A DNA stretch of 64,000 nucleotides, taken from a virus. Taxonomy: Duplodnaviria > Caudoviricetes. The stretch is taken from the IMG/VR virus record IMGVR_UViG_3300028833_000111, positions 1 through 64,000 of that record; one strand, 5' to 3'. Positions 26,076 to 35,868 of this stretch are shown one piece after another. The translations under genes and the position numbers were made by a program. Numbering within the stretch: the stretch's first letter is position 1; each line of letters begins with the position of its first letter. A model generated the notes under the pieces. That model was given only the letters and a program-made list of their open reading frames with translations. It was not told the origin of the DNA and searched no databases.

Positions 26076-27213
26076 AGCAGAAGCAAATAACATATCAAAT
26101 GAACAACTGATATATACTTTATTGGTTGATGGTAATAGTTTGCTTAAAATGTCATTGGTTGATAAAAGAATGAACCAAAATGGCGAAGAATATGGTGCTG
26201 TTTTTGTATTTTTAAGGCAATTAGGTCAACTTTTACAGAAAAAGGATTTCAAATATTGTGTTGTTTGTTGGGACGGTGATGGCTCTGGGGTATTAAGATA
26301 CAATTATTATAATGATTATAAGGCTAATCGTGATAAACATTATGAACTTATAAGTGGAGAGTCAGATTATGATAAGGGTATAAGGGAGTATATGAAAAAG
26401 GTATATGCATACCATAACAAAAATAAGAAGGAAGTAAAACGTGCTGAGACTGATGATGAAAATTTCCAAAGGCAGCGTTTACTAATTCAAGAAATTCTTG
26501 AAAACTTATATATAAGACAGTTCATATATGACGATGTAGAAGGTGATGACCTTATAGCTTATTATGTTCACAATAAGAGACCTAATGAGAGAGTAGTAAT
26601 TGTAAGTGGTGACAGAGACCTTACACAATTAATAAACGATGAAGTTTGCCAATACATACCATCACTTAGGAAATTCATAAGTCCAAAAAATTCTGTTGAG
26701 GAACTTGGAATTACTCATGAGAATACATTAGTGAAGAAAATATTGTGTGGTGATGCTTCTGATAATATAAAAGGTATTAAGGGAATTGGCGAACAAACAT
26801 TGTTGAAACTATTTCCAGAAATGAAGGATAAGAAAACATCTTTAGAGGCTGTTATTGAGCGTTCAAAAGAGTTATTGGAAGAGAGGAAGCAAGCCAAGAA
26901 AAAACCTCTTAAATCGCTTGAAAATATTGTTAATTGTGTAACTGATGGTATACAGGGCAAAGACATATATAATATCAATAAGAAGATTATTGACTTATCA
27001 GAACCTTTGCTAACAGATGAGGCTCGTAAAGGCCTAAAAGAAGAGTCTTATGCCCCATTAAACTGCGAAGGAAGGGATATAAAAAATGTGTATGATATTG
27101 TGTATCAGAATGGTATGTATGATTTAACAGACGAAAAAATATTTGGAAACCTTTTCGGAATGTATGAAAAGATAATAAAAACAGAAAAAGAATTTTCTAA
27201 AAAAACAGCATAA
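26050..27213 (+). CDS. 5'-3' exonuclease / flap endonuclease (T4 RNase H-like)
   Basis: LLVDGNSL, YKANR, EGDDLI, SGDRDLTQL, GDASDNIKGIKGIG. Confidence 0.92.
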   Translation: MKQIVKKSRAEANNISNEQLIYTLLVDGNSLLKMSLVDKRMNQNGEEYGAVFVFLRQLGQLLQKKDFKYCVVCWDGDGSGVLRYNYYNDYKANRDKHYELISGESDYDKGIREYMKKVYAYHNKNKKEVKRAETDDENFQRQRLLIQEILENLYIRQFIYDDVEGDDLIAYYVHNKRPNERVVIVSGDRDLTQLINDEVCQYIPSLRKFISPKNSVEELGITHENTLVKKILCGDASDNIKGIKGIGEQTLLKLFPEMKDKKTSLEAVIERSKELLEERKQAKKKPLKSLENIVNCVTDGIQGKDIYNINKKIIDLSEPLLTDEARKGLKEESYAPLNCEGRDIKNVYDIVYQNGMYDLTDEKIFGNLFGMYEKIIKTEKEFSKKTA

Positions 27214-27218
27214 TTTTT

Positions 27219-27249
27219 TTTGTTTTTTGGAAAAAGTTTTGTATATTTG
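27219..27249 (+). promoter_or_regulatory. Bacteroidota-type promoter (TTTG / TATATTTG)
   Basis: TTTG 27219-27222, 19-nt spacer, TATATTTG 27242-27249. Confidence 0.65.
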
Positions 27250-27287
27250 CATTGTTAAAAGACGTTAAATTTAAAATTTTATGAAAT

Positions 27288-27548
27288 ATGGATGAGGAAC
27301 TAATTAGAAAGTATCAAGAAGCGATTTCTTTGTTACAGTATAGAAATCCTAAGTATTCGTATCACGGTGAGTTTGTTAGTGACTTTTCAGGTAGAAGTGC
27401 ATTCAAACTTACATATTATACAAGGCTTGATTCCCCGGATAGTCCTTGGAGTGCTACATCTTTTAATAGTAAGACATTTAAATATATGAAAACTAATGAA
27501 GCAGCACTAAGGTATTTTATTAAAATGGTACAAAATAGAGTTTTTTAG
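27288..27548 (+). CDS. Hypothetical protein
   Basis: 86-aa ORF after an early-type promoter. Confidence 0.65.
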   Translation: MDEELIRKYQEAISLLQYRNPKYSYHGEFVSDFSGRSAFKLTYYTRLDSPDSPWSATSFNSKTFKYMKTNEAALRYFIKMVQNRVF

Positions 27549-27578
27549 ATATATGTTTAACATTTAATTAAAAAGTTT

Positions 27579-28328
27579 ATGGCTAACTTAAAAGAACAAA
27601 ATTACAAGGAAGAGAGATTTGAATTTGCATTGTATGTTAACAACAACATCATTTGTAAGCGAAACTTTAAAATCAATGACTACATCGAGCATAGTATGGA
27701 GTCTGTTGAATTTAAGGAGAAAGTAGATGAAATCGTTGAAATGATTGATAACGATTTGAAATCTAAGAGTAGAGTTTACACTTGGTATTTCTTCAATCCT
27801 ATGGAACCAGATGCATTCGAAGAGTTTGTAGGAAAGCCTATTGAGCCTTGGGAGTGTACATTTAAGTTCGAGGTATCGGATAAGAAGAGAGTTGTATTAA
27901 GTAAAATTTGGGATGGCTACGCATATCCAAAGGCAATTAGGGATAAGGTAGACATTAGTAATAAAGTGGTGAAGATTACTTCTAAGGATGGTAGAGTTTA
28001 CACATACGACAAGGAAGCATTCTTCAAGTCTAATGAGGACAGACTTACTTTTGAGCATCAGGTACTCAAGGGTATGATTATGGATAAACCAGACTTATTG
28101 ATTCAGATTACTAAGCAGATTTGCGAAACTTGTTCAATACACGAAGATATGTTTAACAAGATTAGCGATTACACAATGACTGAATATTATGGAAAGGATA
28201 AGGATGGTAACGAGGTAAGTTACAATTTCAACATAGAGGCTCAGAATAGAAAACTAGAGAGAAAGTGGCTTAAGTTATCAGCAGAAAGTGCAAAAAAGAA
28301 GTTAGAGGAAAAAAATAATAAGAAATAA
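27579..28328 (+). CDS. Hypothetical protein upstream of helicase
   Basis: 249-aa ORF tightly coupled to the helicase gene. Confidence 0.7.
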   Translation: MANLKEQNYKEERFEFALYVNNNIICKRNFKINDYIEHSMESVEFKEKVDEIVEMIDNDLKSKSRVYTWYFFNPMEPDAFEEFVGKPIEPWECTFKFEVSDKKRVVLSKIWDGYAYPKAIRDKVDISNKVVKITSKDGRVYTYDKEAFFKSNEDRLTFEHQVLKGMIMDKPDLLIQITKQICETCSIHEDMFNKISDYTMTEYYGKDKDGNEVSYNFNIEAQNRKLERKWLKLSAESAKKKLEEKNNKK

Positions 28329-28331
28329 ATT

Positions 28332-29774
28332 ATGGCAAAAACCGCACAAACAAATAAACTTGGTTTTCTTGGAGAAGACTTTCAATATAAATTAGTCCAT
28401 GAATTTATTGAGGACAAAGAATTTTTCAAAGATTTGTGCGATATAATAGACCAAAACCTTTTCACTGACCCCAACTTGAAAACACTTGTTGGGGTCATGA
28501 GGGAATATTATAAGAAAGAGCAAGTACCTGCAAATTATGATATGATTAAGATTGCTCTTGCTAATAAATCCCATAATGAAACCGAAAAGGAATATTATGA
28601 TGCCATAGTCGATAAAATTCATGGTATATCTTCTGAGGGTTCTAATTATATCAGAGAACTTGCTGAAAAGTTCTTTAAGCAACAGAATATGATTCGTGTT
28701 GCGAATGAAATAATTAAAATTGCCGGAAAAGGTGATATTGAAAACTATGATAAGTGCGTTGATATTCTCAATAAAGCATTAATACAAGGTACAAATGAAG
28801 ATTTGGGATATTGTGTTTTTGATAATGAGAATGAAACTTTGTCAGAGGATTATAGAGTAGCAATACCAACGGGTATTGGTAAAATTGACGAAACTCTTGA
28901 AGGTGGTCTTGGTAAAGGTGAATTGGGTTGTATCATTGGTTCATCATCATTTGGAAAGACATCTTTAACAACAGCAATGGCTTCTTTTGCTGCAACATAT
29001 CGTTGCCCACAGAATAATGACGATGGATATAAGGTGTTGCAGATTGTTTTCGAGGATAGAGTAAAACAAATCCAAAGAAAACATATGGGAAGAATTACTG
29101 GAATTGAGGCAAAGGATTTGTCAAAGCCAGGAATCATTGAGAAAGTAAGAGAACAACTCGCAAAATATGAAGATAGGGAACTTTTACAGAAGAACTTAAG
29201 AATAATAAGACTCCCAAGTGGTGAAAAAACCGCTGATGATATTAAGAGGCTTATCATAAAATTGAAAAATACGGGATTCAGTCCTGACCTTGTAATCGTT
29301 GACTATTTCGAATGTTTGCTTTGTAAAGGCGATTCGAGTGACGATAAATGGGAGAAAGAGGGTAAGACAATGAGAAAGTTCGAAGCAATGGCAGGTGAAC
29401 TTAACATTGGCATTTGGATTCCAGTTCAAGGCACAAAAGATTCTCTTAATGTTGAGGTTGTTACTATGGATAAGGCAGGAGGTTCTTTCAAGAAGATTCA
29501 GATTGCTCACATAGTAATGTCAATCGCAAGAACAGTAGAGGACATTGAAGAGAGTAAAGCAACAATTGCAATATTGAAAAATAGAGCAGGAAAAGCAGGT
29601 AAAGTATTTAATAACGTTGAATTTAATAATGGTACATGTAGAATTAGTACCGATAATGTCGATGAGTTTAATAGTATGTTAGCGTTTAATAGGGATAGAG
29701 AAAAAGACAGGGAAAACACACAAAAAGCTATAGCAGAAATTATTGCAAATCGACAACAAAAAGAAAAAAAATAA
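28332..29774 (+). CDS. dnaB: Replicative DNA helicase (DnaB/gp41-like)
   Basis: IPTG...IDE.LEGGLGKGEL..IIGSSSFGKT (Walker A), LVIVDYFECL (Walker B), ILKNRAG. Confidence 0.9.
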   Translation: MAKTAQTNKLGFLGEDFQYKLVHEFIEDKEFFKDLCDIIDQNLFTDPNLKTLVGVMREYYKKEQVPANYDMIKIALANKSHNETEKEYYDAIVDKIHGISSEGSNYIRELAEKFFKQQNMIRVANEIIKIAGKGDIENYDKCVDILNKALIQGTNEDLGYCVFDNENETLSEDYRVAIPTGIGKIDETLEGGLGKGELGCIIGSSSFGKTSLTTAMASFAATYRCPQNNDDGYKVLQIVFEDRVKQIQRKHMGRITGIEAKDLSKPGIIEKVREQLAKYEDRELLQKNLRIIRLPSGEKTADDIKRLIIKLKNTGFSPDLVIVDYFECLLCKGDSSDDKWEKEGKTMRKFEAMAGELNIGIWIPVQGTKDSLNVEVVTMDKAGGSFKKIQIAHIVMSIARTVEDIEESKATIAILKNRAGKAGKVFNNVEFNNGTCRISTDNVDEFNSMLAFNRDREKDRENTQKAIAEIIANRQQKEKK

Positions 29775-29793
29775 TTTTAATCGTGGAAAATAC

Positions 29794-29832
29794 TGGTTGT
29801 CATTGGGTTACGGATGGCAACCAATTTTTTTA
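29794..29832 (+). terminator. Intrinsic terminator
   Basis: tggttgtcat...atggcaacca stem followed by a T-run after the helicase. Confidence 0.65.
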
Positions 29833-29944
29833 TTTCGAAATCGGATAATTTTAACATTTTTTTGCATATTTATTCTTACATCAAGATGATTAAATGGTTA
29901 ACCGAAAAAAAATGTAAAATAATGAAATTTAAAGTTTTGCTTTA

Positions 29945-32137
29945 ATGGAAGTAAGAAAAAACGATAATTCTTTTGAGGAATACAATCCTACGAAGATAAA
30001 GCGTGGTATCTGTGAGGCATATATTGCCACAAATGAGATTTGCCCAGACGGTCTCATTGAATCGTTAATTAGGAATTTGTTCATTTATGACAAAATTTCG
30101 TCTCAAGAGATTAGAAGACAGGTAGAGGAAGCTCTAATGTCTGTAAACAAAAAAGTTGCAAGAGCATATATTTCAAAGTATGAGGAATCAGAAGGAAAGA
30201 ACAAAACGTTAAAGAAGGATAGCGACTTTATACGTGACTACATTAATGCATCAAACGCTTCAACTGGTTCTAAGTATGATTCAAACGCTAATGTTGAAAA
30301 CAAGAACGTTGTCACATTAGGTCAAGAGTTACATAAAGGAAAGAACATTCAGCAAAACAGGTATATAATGCACAATAAGATTAAAGCATTATATTCCAAA
30401 AAGTTGGCAGACCAATATCTTAAAGACCTTGAAAGCCATGTTCTCTATAAACACGATGAGAGTGGAACACCTGGATATCCATATTGCGTTGCTATTACGA
30501 TGTACCCATTCTTGGTCGATGGTTTAAAGAGCCTTGGCGGTCAATCTACAGCCCCAACAGATTTAAAATCATTCTGTGGAGAATTCATTAACCTTGTTTA
30601 TTCAGTGTCATCCCAGTTTATGGGAGCTGTTGCTACGCCTGAATTTTTAATGTATATGGACTATTTCATTAGAAAAGATTATGGTGATGACTACTTAACA
30701 AAGTTGAATGATAAGGTTGAGATTAATAGAAAGGGAAGAACCTTAGAACAAGTTATTGAGAACTGTTTCCAACAAGTTGTACACTCAATGAATATGCCAG
30801 CTGGTAACAGAGGTTATCAAACAGTGTTCTGGAACGTTGGTTATTTTGACAAGAATTATTTTGAAGGCGTGTTCAGTGATTTTAGATTCCCAGACGGAAC
30901 AGCACCAATTTGGGAAACATTGTCTTGGTTACAGAAGAAATTTATGAAGTGGTTCAATGAGGAAAGAACAAAGTATGTACTTACATTCCCAGTTGAAACA
31001 ATGGCAATGCTCACTGATGGACACGATATAGTTGACAAGGAATATGCAGATTTCACAGCCCAAATGTGGGCAGAGGGACATTCATTCTTCTGTTATCTAA
31101 GCGATTCACCAGACTCTTTGAGTTCTTGTTGTAGACTTAGAAACTCTCTTAAAGATACAGAGGACGATGAACATAACCACACAACACACCAATTCTCAAT
31201 GGGTACAGCATCAGTGGCGACTGGTTCAAAATCAGTTATGACAATTAACCTCAATAGAGTAATTCAAGATGCAGCAAGAAAGTATTTCAACGAGGTTGAG
31301 AACAAGGAAATAGAAAATGGAAAACAGATTGATATTAAGTCTGTAAAGGATAAGAAGACCCTCTACAACTACATTTCTAATGGCATAACAGAAATGACAG
31401 AAAGAGTACATAAGTATCAGAGAGCATTTAATGAAATAATTAAAGATTTCCTTAACGCTAATATGCTTGATGTTTATAGAGGTGGTTTCATCAGTATGAA
31501 AAAACAATATCTTACAATTGGTGTTAATGGATTGACAGACGCAGCAGAGTTCCTTTCAATTGACGCAAACCTTAACGAAGAATACAAGGAATTTGTGAAT
31601 TTAGTTCTTGAAACAATTAATGTTTCAAATAAGAAGGACAGAACAAGAGACTGTATGTACAATACAGAGTTCGTACCAGGTGAGAATCTTTCAAACAAGA
31701 ACTACAATTGGGATAAGAAAGATGGATATTTTGTTTCTCCAAAACATATAATGTACAGTAGTTATTTCTTCAACCCAGAAGATACAAAGTTATCAATATT
31801 GGATAAGATGAAGTTACACGGAAATGATTATGTTAAGTACCTTGATGGAGGACAAGCAGCACACCTTAATATAAATGAGCATCTTTCATTTGACCAATAC
31901 AGACAATTATTGAAGGTGGCTTCTGAATATGGATGTAGTTATTTCACATTCAATTGCAGAAACACAGTATGTAACGATTGTGGGCATATAAGTAAAGATA
32001 CACTAGATGTTTGCCCTAAGTGCGGAAGTAAGAATCTTGATTATCTAACAAGAATCATAGGATATTTGAAACGTGTTAGTTCATTTAATGAGCCAAGACA
32101 AGTTGAGGCTGAAATGAGATATTATAATAAGGAATAA
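29945..32137 (+). CDS. nrdD: Anaerobic (class III) ribonucleoside-triphosphate reductase
   Basis: N-terminal ATP-cone, PYCVA, SSCCRL finger, C-terminal CNDCG...CPKCG zinc site, glycyl-radical motif TRIIGYL. Confidence 0.95.
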   Translation: MEVRKNDNSFEEYNPTKIKRGICEAYIATNEICPDGLIESLIRNLFIYDKISSQEIRRQVEEALMSVNKKVARAYISKYEESEGKNKTLKKDSDFIRDYINASNASTGSKYDSNANVENKNVVTLGQELHKGKNIQQNRYIMHNKIKALYSKKLADQYLKDLESHVLYKHDESGTPGYPYCVAITMYPFLVDGLKSLGGQSTAPTDLKSFCGEFINLVYSVSSQFMGAVATPEFLMYMDYFIRKDYGDDYLTKLNDKVEINRKGRTLEQVIENCFQQVVHSMNMPAGNRGYQTVFWNVGYFDKNYFEGVFSDFRFPDGTAPIWETLSWLQKKFMKWFNEERTKYVLTFPVETMAMLTDGHDIVDKEYADFTAQMWAEGHSFFCYLSDSPDSLSSCCRLRNSLKDTEDDEHNHTTHQFSMGTASVATGSKSVMTINLNRVIQDAARKYFNEVENKEIENGKQIDIKSVKDKKTLYNYISNGITEMTERVHKYQRAFNEIIKDFLNANMLDVYRGGFISMKKQYLTIGVNGLTDAAEFLSIDANLNEEYKEFVNLVLETINVSNKKDRTRDCMYNTEFVPGENLSNKNYNWDKKDGYFVSPKHIMYSSYFFNPEDTKLSILDKMKLHGNDYVKYLDGGQAAHLNINEHLSFDQYRQLLKVASEYGCSYFTFNCRNTVCNDCGHISKDTLDVCPKCGSKNLDYLTRIIGYLKRVSSFNEPRQVEAEMRYYNKE

Positions 32138-32139
32138 GC

Positions 32140-32163
32140 AAAGGGTACAAAAAGTACCCTTTT
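32140..32163 (+). terminator. Intrinsic terminator / attenuator after nrdD
   Basis: aaagggtac-aaaaa-gtaccctttt. Confidence 0.7.
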
Positions 32164-32173
32164 ATTTACAAAT

Positions 32174-32392
32174 ATGATACAGATTTTTAGAAAAGAAGGC
32201 TGGAAGTTAAACGAAAACGATAAAGTAGTAAATGCCATTTTAAAAAGGTGTGAATTGAATGAAGGGGTTTGCCCTTGTCACCATAACAGTGAAGAGTATG
32301 AAGGAAAAGACTTGCATTGCCCTTGCACTGATTACACAATTAAAAATAACTGCGAATGCGGATTGTATATAAAAGAGGAAAATAAGTTATGA
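32174..32392 (+). CDS. Ferredoxin-thioredoxin reductase catalytic-subunit-like protein
   Basis: LN.N...V..I......G.CPC...CPC......CECGLY (canonical CPC/CPC/CHC). Confidence 0.8.
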   Translation: MIQIFRKEGWKLNENDKVVNAILKRCELNEGVCPCHHNSEEYEGKDLHCPCTDYTIKNNCECGLYIKEENKL

Positions 32393-32664
32393 TAAAGAAG
32401 GTACTTAAAATGTCAGCCACCTGGTGCGGTCCATGTAGAGCATATCACAATACTTTTGAAAATGTAAGCAAAATAGAAAAGTACAAAGATATTGAATTTA
32501 AGGAATTGGATGCAGAAGAAAACGAAGATGAATTTGTTAAATACAAAATAAGAGCAGTTCCTACTACTATTTTACTAGATGAAAATGACAAAGTGGTTTC
32601 TACCGTAAGTGGAAACATACCACAACAAGCGTTAACTAATTTTATAGATTCTAATAATGGTTAA
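32389..32664 (+). CDS. trxA: Thioredoxin
   Basis: ATWCGPC and IRAVPT. Confidence 0.9.
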   Translation: MIKKVLKMSATWCGPCRAYHNTFENVSKIEKYKDIEFKELDAEENEDEFVKYKIRAVPTTILLDENDKVVSTVSGNIPQQALTNFIDSNNG

Positions 32665-33148
32665 GTATCACGATGCAATGGTGGTATTTGAAGAAATACC
32701 AAACGAAATTACATTAGCCATCAACATAACAAATTGCCCTTGTAAGTGTCCTGGATGCCATTCAAAGTTCTTATGGAGCGATATAGGCACAGAACTTACA
32801 GAGGAAGAACTTGAAAAACTACTTAAAGAAAATGATGGCATAACTTGCGTTTGCTTTATGGGTGGTGATGCCACGCCACAGGAGATATGTGATTTGGCTG
32901 AGAAAACTAAGAAAGCACACGAAAATTTGAAAATAGGATGGTATAGTGGAAGAGATAATTATTATAAAAATATAGATTTCAGTTGGTTCGATTATATTAA
33001 ACTAGGACATTACGATGATGAGCTAGGAGCATTGAATAAGAAGACAACTAATCAGAAATTATACAAACTGACCCACATAAAATTAGATGGTGGGATTAAA
33101 GAGATTGACTTTAAAGACATAACAAGTATGTTTTGGAAAAAGGGCTAG
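32657..33148 (+). CDS. nrdG: Anaerobic RNR activating enzyme (radical SAM)
   Basis: NCPCKCPGCHS (CxxxCxxC), FMGGD, TNQKLY. Confidence 0.92.
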   Translation: MVKYHDAMVVFEEIPNEITLAINITNCPCKCPGCHSKFLWSDIGTELTEEELEKLLKENDGITCVCFMGGDATPQEICDLAEKTKKAHENLKIGWYSGRDNYYKNIDFSWFDYIKLGHYDDELGALNKKTTNQKLYKLTHIKLDGGIKEIDFKDITSMFWKKG

Positions 33149-33165
33149 TGATAGCCCTTTTTTTT
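33137..33165 (+). terminator. Intrinsic terminator
   Basis: aaaaagggcta-gtga-tagccctttttttt. Confidence 0.8.
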
Positions 33166-33224
33166 GTTTACATAAACCAGTAAAAAGTTATTTTTTAGAT
33201 AATTATATAGTAAAAATTACTGTA

Positions 33225-33614
33225 ATGGCTAAGAGACAATTCTTTAATATAAAATATCCTTTTACCACTAATGATTATCAGAATTTTTTTGTTGACGTTA
33301 ATATGTCAGAAAAAGATAAGGTTAGAAGTCAGATAATGCATGTGGTATTCACACCTAAAGGACAGAGAATAAGAAATCCAGAGTTTGGAACTGACCTTAT
33401 TAAATATATTTTCAGTCCAAATGATAAAGAGGCATGGGAAGGTGTTAAAAATGAGATAATTACAGCAGTACAAAGATATGTGCCAGGGTGCGTTATGAAT
33501 AACGTTAGAGTGGTTCAAAGCGATGATGAGAGGGCAGAGATATTTGTTAGAATGGATTATTCTGTAAAACAAGGAAATAAAATAACAAATGACAGTATAA
33601 TAACACAATTATAA
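33225..33614 (+). CDS. Baseplate wedge subunit gp25-like
   Basis: IKYPF...VFTPKGQRIRNPEFGT.L..YIF.P. Confidence 0.88.
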   Translation: MAKRQFFNIKYPFTTNDYQNFFVDVNMSEKDKVRSQIMHVVFTPKGQRIRNPEFGTDLIKYIFSPNDKEAWEGVKNEIITAVQRYVPGCVMNNVRVVQSDDERAEIFVRMDYSVKQGNKITNDSIITQL

Positions 33615-35632
33615 TGGAAAAAAAGATAAATTTTTTATCAAGGACATTTGATGATTATAAATCAGAGTTAATAAGTTTTAGTAATAAATATTATCCTGAA
33701 TTAGCAGACAGTTATAATGACTCAAGCGTTGGTGCTTGGTTCATTGAACTTGTTGCAGCAGTAAGTGATAACTTGTCGTATCATATAGATAGAATGTACC
33801 AAGAAACTAATGTTAATAGTGCTAAATTAAAAAGTACTGTTCTTAACATTGCAAGGTCAAATGGTTTAAATGTTCCTGGTCCAAAGGCAAGTATGTGTGA
33901 AGTGAAATTATCTTGTACTTTGCCTGTTGGTGATGATGATTCTGGAAGTATATCACATCCTAATTGGTCTTTTGCACCTATAGTTAAAAAGAGTACTATA
34001 GTATCTGCTGGTAATCTCAACTTCCAACTTTATGAAGATGTTGATTTTGGCGAACAATTTAATAAAGACGGATATTCAAATAGAACTTTTTCTCCATTAA
34101 AAGATAGTAATGGAGTAATAACAGCATATACAGTGTCAAAAACCACTTTGGCAATAAATGGTAGCACAAGAATATATAAGAAGGTTATTCTTAAACAAGA
34201 CTTGAAGCCATTTATGGAAATTATTCTTCCTGAGAAAAATGTCATGAATATTGAGTCAATAATTTTTAAAGAAACATCAAACTTTAATAAAGACCCTGAG
34301 CTTCAAGAATTTTATATAGACTCAGAACAATATAAAATGACAGAAGAAGCAGCAGAAACATTCAGATTTTTTGAAGTTGACTCATTAGCTGAGCAGTATA
34401 GATTTGCCACTGAAACAAAAATAGATAATGGAGTTTTAAAAGATTATTTTAATCCTGAATTATATGATGATTATACTGAAAGTGGCGATGATGATAGTGG
34501 TACTACGAGAACAACTAGATATTATAGAGGCAAATGGAAGCCAATAACTCAGAAATTTATTACTGAATATACAGATAATGGATATATGAAGATTATCTTT
34601 GGTAGTGGAGTTCTTTATGATGAATTGCCAGAAGTTAAGGAAAAATTTTCTGAAAGAATGTTGTCACAAATCATTAACAATGATATGTTAGGTGTTTTAC
34701 CTAGAGAAGGATGGACGATGTTTATACTTTATAGAGTTGGCGGCGGCATATCAAGTAATGTAGGAGAAGGTGCTATTAATTCTATTACTCTTACTGTAGC
34801 AGAATTTAAACAGAGAGTATCAAATGATGAAAATGCAGCATCAATAAGAGGACAAGTATTAAATTCATTATCAGTTACTAATACAAGCCCAGCTGTAGCA
34901 GGTAAAGATGCCCCAACAACAGAAGAAATAAAATACTTAACAAAATATAATAATTCTTCACAAGAAAGATGCGTTACAGTTAAGGATTATAAATACAGAC
35001 TGATGATGATGCCTCCTAAGTATGGAGCACCTTATAGAGCTGCTGTTATCGAAGAAAACAATAAGATAAACATTAGTATGCTAGGCCTTAATGCAGATGG
35101 GAGATTATCAAAAGCGTTACCTGAAACGTTAGTTGAAAACATAGAAGAATATTTGTCTCATTATAAGACTATAAGTGATTATATTGAAGGAAAAAGCGGA
35201 AGAATATACAATATAGGTTTCTCTATTGATTTATTTGTAAGTAAAACTTATGATAACCCTACGGTATTAACAAACGTTATTGAGAAGATAAAAGATTATA
35301 TGTCTGTTGAAAAGCATGATATGGGAGAAGATATATTCTTAGGAGACCTTGAAAAAGAAATAATGTTGGTTGATGGAGTTATATCAATAATTAATTTTGA
35401 AGTGTATAGTCTTTATAATGGTAAATATAGTTCTGACAGGTGCCCTTATCCTGAAGCAGATTTAACTGGCACTTGCGCTACAAAAGTTTCAAACGTATTT
35501 AAAATTGATGATGCTGCTGATTCTTTCAAAATAGATTTAGATGCTATAGACCATGTATTATATTCTGATTATAATAGTATGTTTGAAATATATTCTGATT
35601 CTGACATACAACTTAGGTCAAAATTAATTTAA
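33614..35632 (+). CDS. Baseplate wedge subunit gp6-like
   Basis: RTFDDYKSEL...YYP....DSSVG..FIEL.A.V.D.LSY.ID; IIFGSG; QERCVTVKDY. Confidence 0.88.
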   Translation: MEKKINFLSRTFDDYKSELISFSNKYYPELADSYNDSSVGAWFIELVAAVSDNLSYHIDRMYQETNVNSAKLKSTVLNIARSNGLNVPGPKASMCEVKLSCTLPVGDDDSGSISHPNWSFAPIVKKSTIVSAGNLNFQLYEDVDFGEQFNKDGYSNRTFSPLKDSNGVITAYTVSKTTLAINGSTRIYKKVILKQDLKPFMEIILPEKNVMNIESIIFKETSNFNKDPELQEFYIDSEQYKMTEEAAETFRFFEVDSLAEQYRFATETKIDNGVLKDYFNPELYDDYTESGDDDSGTTRTTRYYRGKWKPITQKFITEYTDNGYMKIIFGSGVLYDELPEVKEKFSERMLSQIINNDMLGVLPREGWTMFILYRVGGGISSNVGEGAINSITLTVAEFKQRVSNDENAASIRGQVLNSLSVTNTSPAVAGKDAPTTEEIKYLTKYNNSSQERCVTVKDYKYRLMMMPPKYGAPYRAAVIEENNKINISMLGLNADGRLSKALPETLVENIEEYLSHYKTISDYIEGKSGRIYNIGFSIDLFVSKTYDNPTVLTNVIEKIKDYMSVEKHDMGEDIFLGDLEKEIMLVDGVISIINFEVYSLYNGKYSSDRCPYPEADLTGTCATKVSNVFKIDDAADSFKIDLDAIDHVLYSDYNSMFEIYSDSDIQLRSKLI

Positions 35633-35637
35633 ATGCT

Positions 35638-35868
35638 ATGAATAATTGTAATTGTAAAAAAATAAATAATTTTAATGAATTTGGGAGTGCTATAAGCGAA
35701 ACAATGGAAAGGAAAAAATTAAGCGTATGGGAAAAAACAAAAGTATGCTGGACGTTTTTCCTTTTCTATTTTCTATTTACCACTTCTTCTATAAAAAATT
35801 TTATGCTTAATGATAAATTAGAGCCTAAGATACCTTCTTGGTTTTATAAAAAAATTAAACAGCATTAA
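35638..35868 (+). CDS. Small protein with CxC N-terminus and hydrophobic segment
   Basis: MNNCNCKK; CWTFFLFYFLF putative TM; abuts neighbouring genes. Confidence 0.6.
   Translation: MNNCNCKKINNFNEFGSAISETMERKKLSVWEKTKVCWTFFLFYFLFTTSSIKNFMLNDKLEPKIPSWFYKKIKQH

Noticed and set aside
29775-29944. Riboswitch, ncRNA or NrdR box upstream of nrdD
   Set aside because: Only a terminator hairpin and AT-rich promoter-like sequence (TATTTATT, ambiguous class); no recognisable conserved motif.
29945-32137. Intron or intein in nrdD, helicase or recA-like genes
   Set aside because: Lengths are normal and ORFs continuous; no intein or homing-endonuclease motifs.
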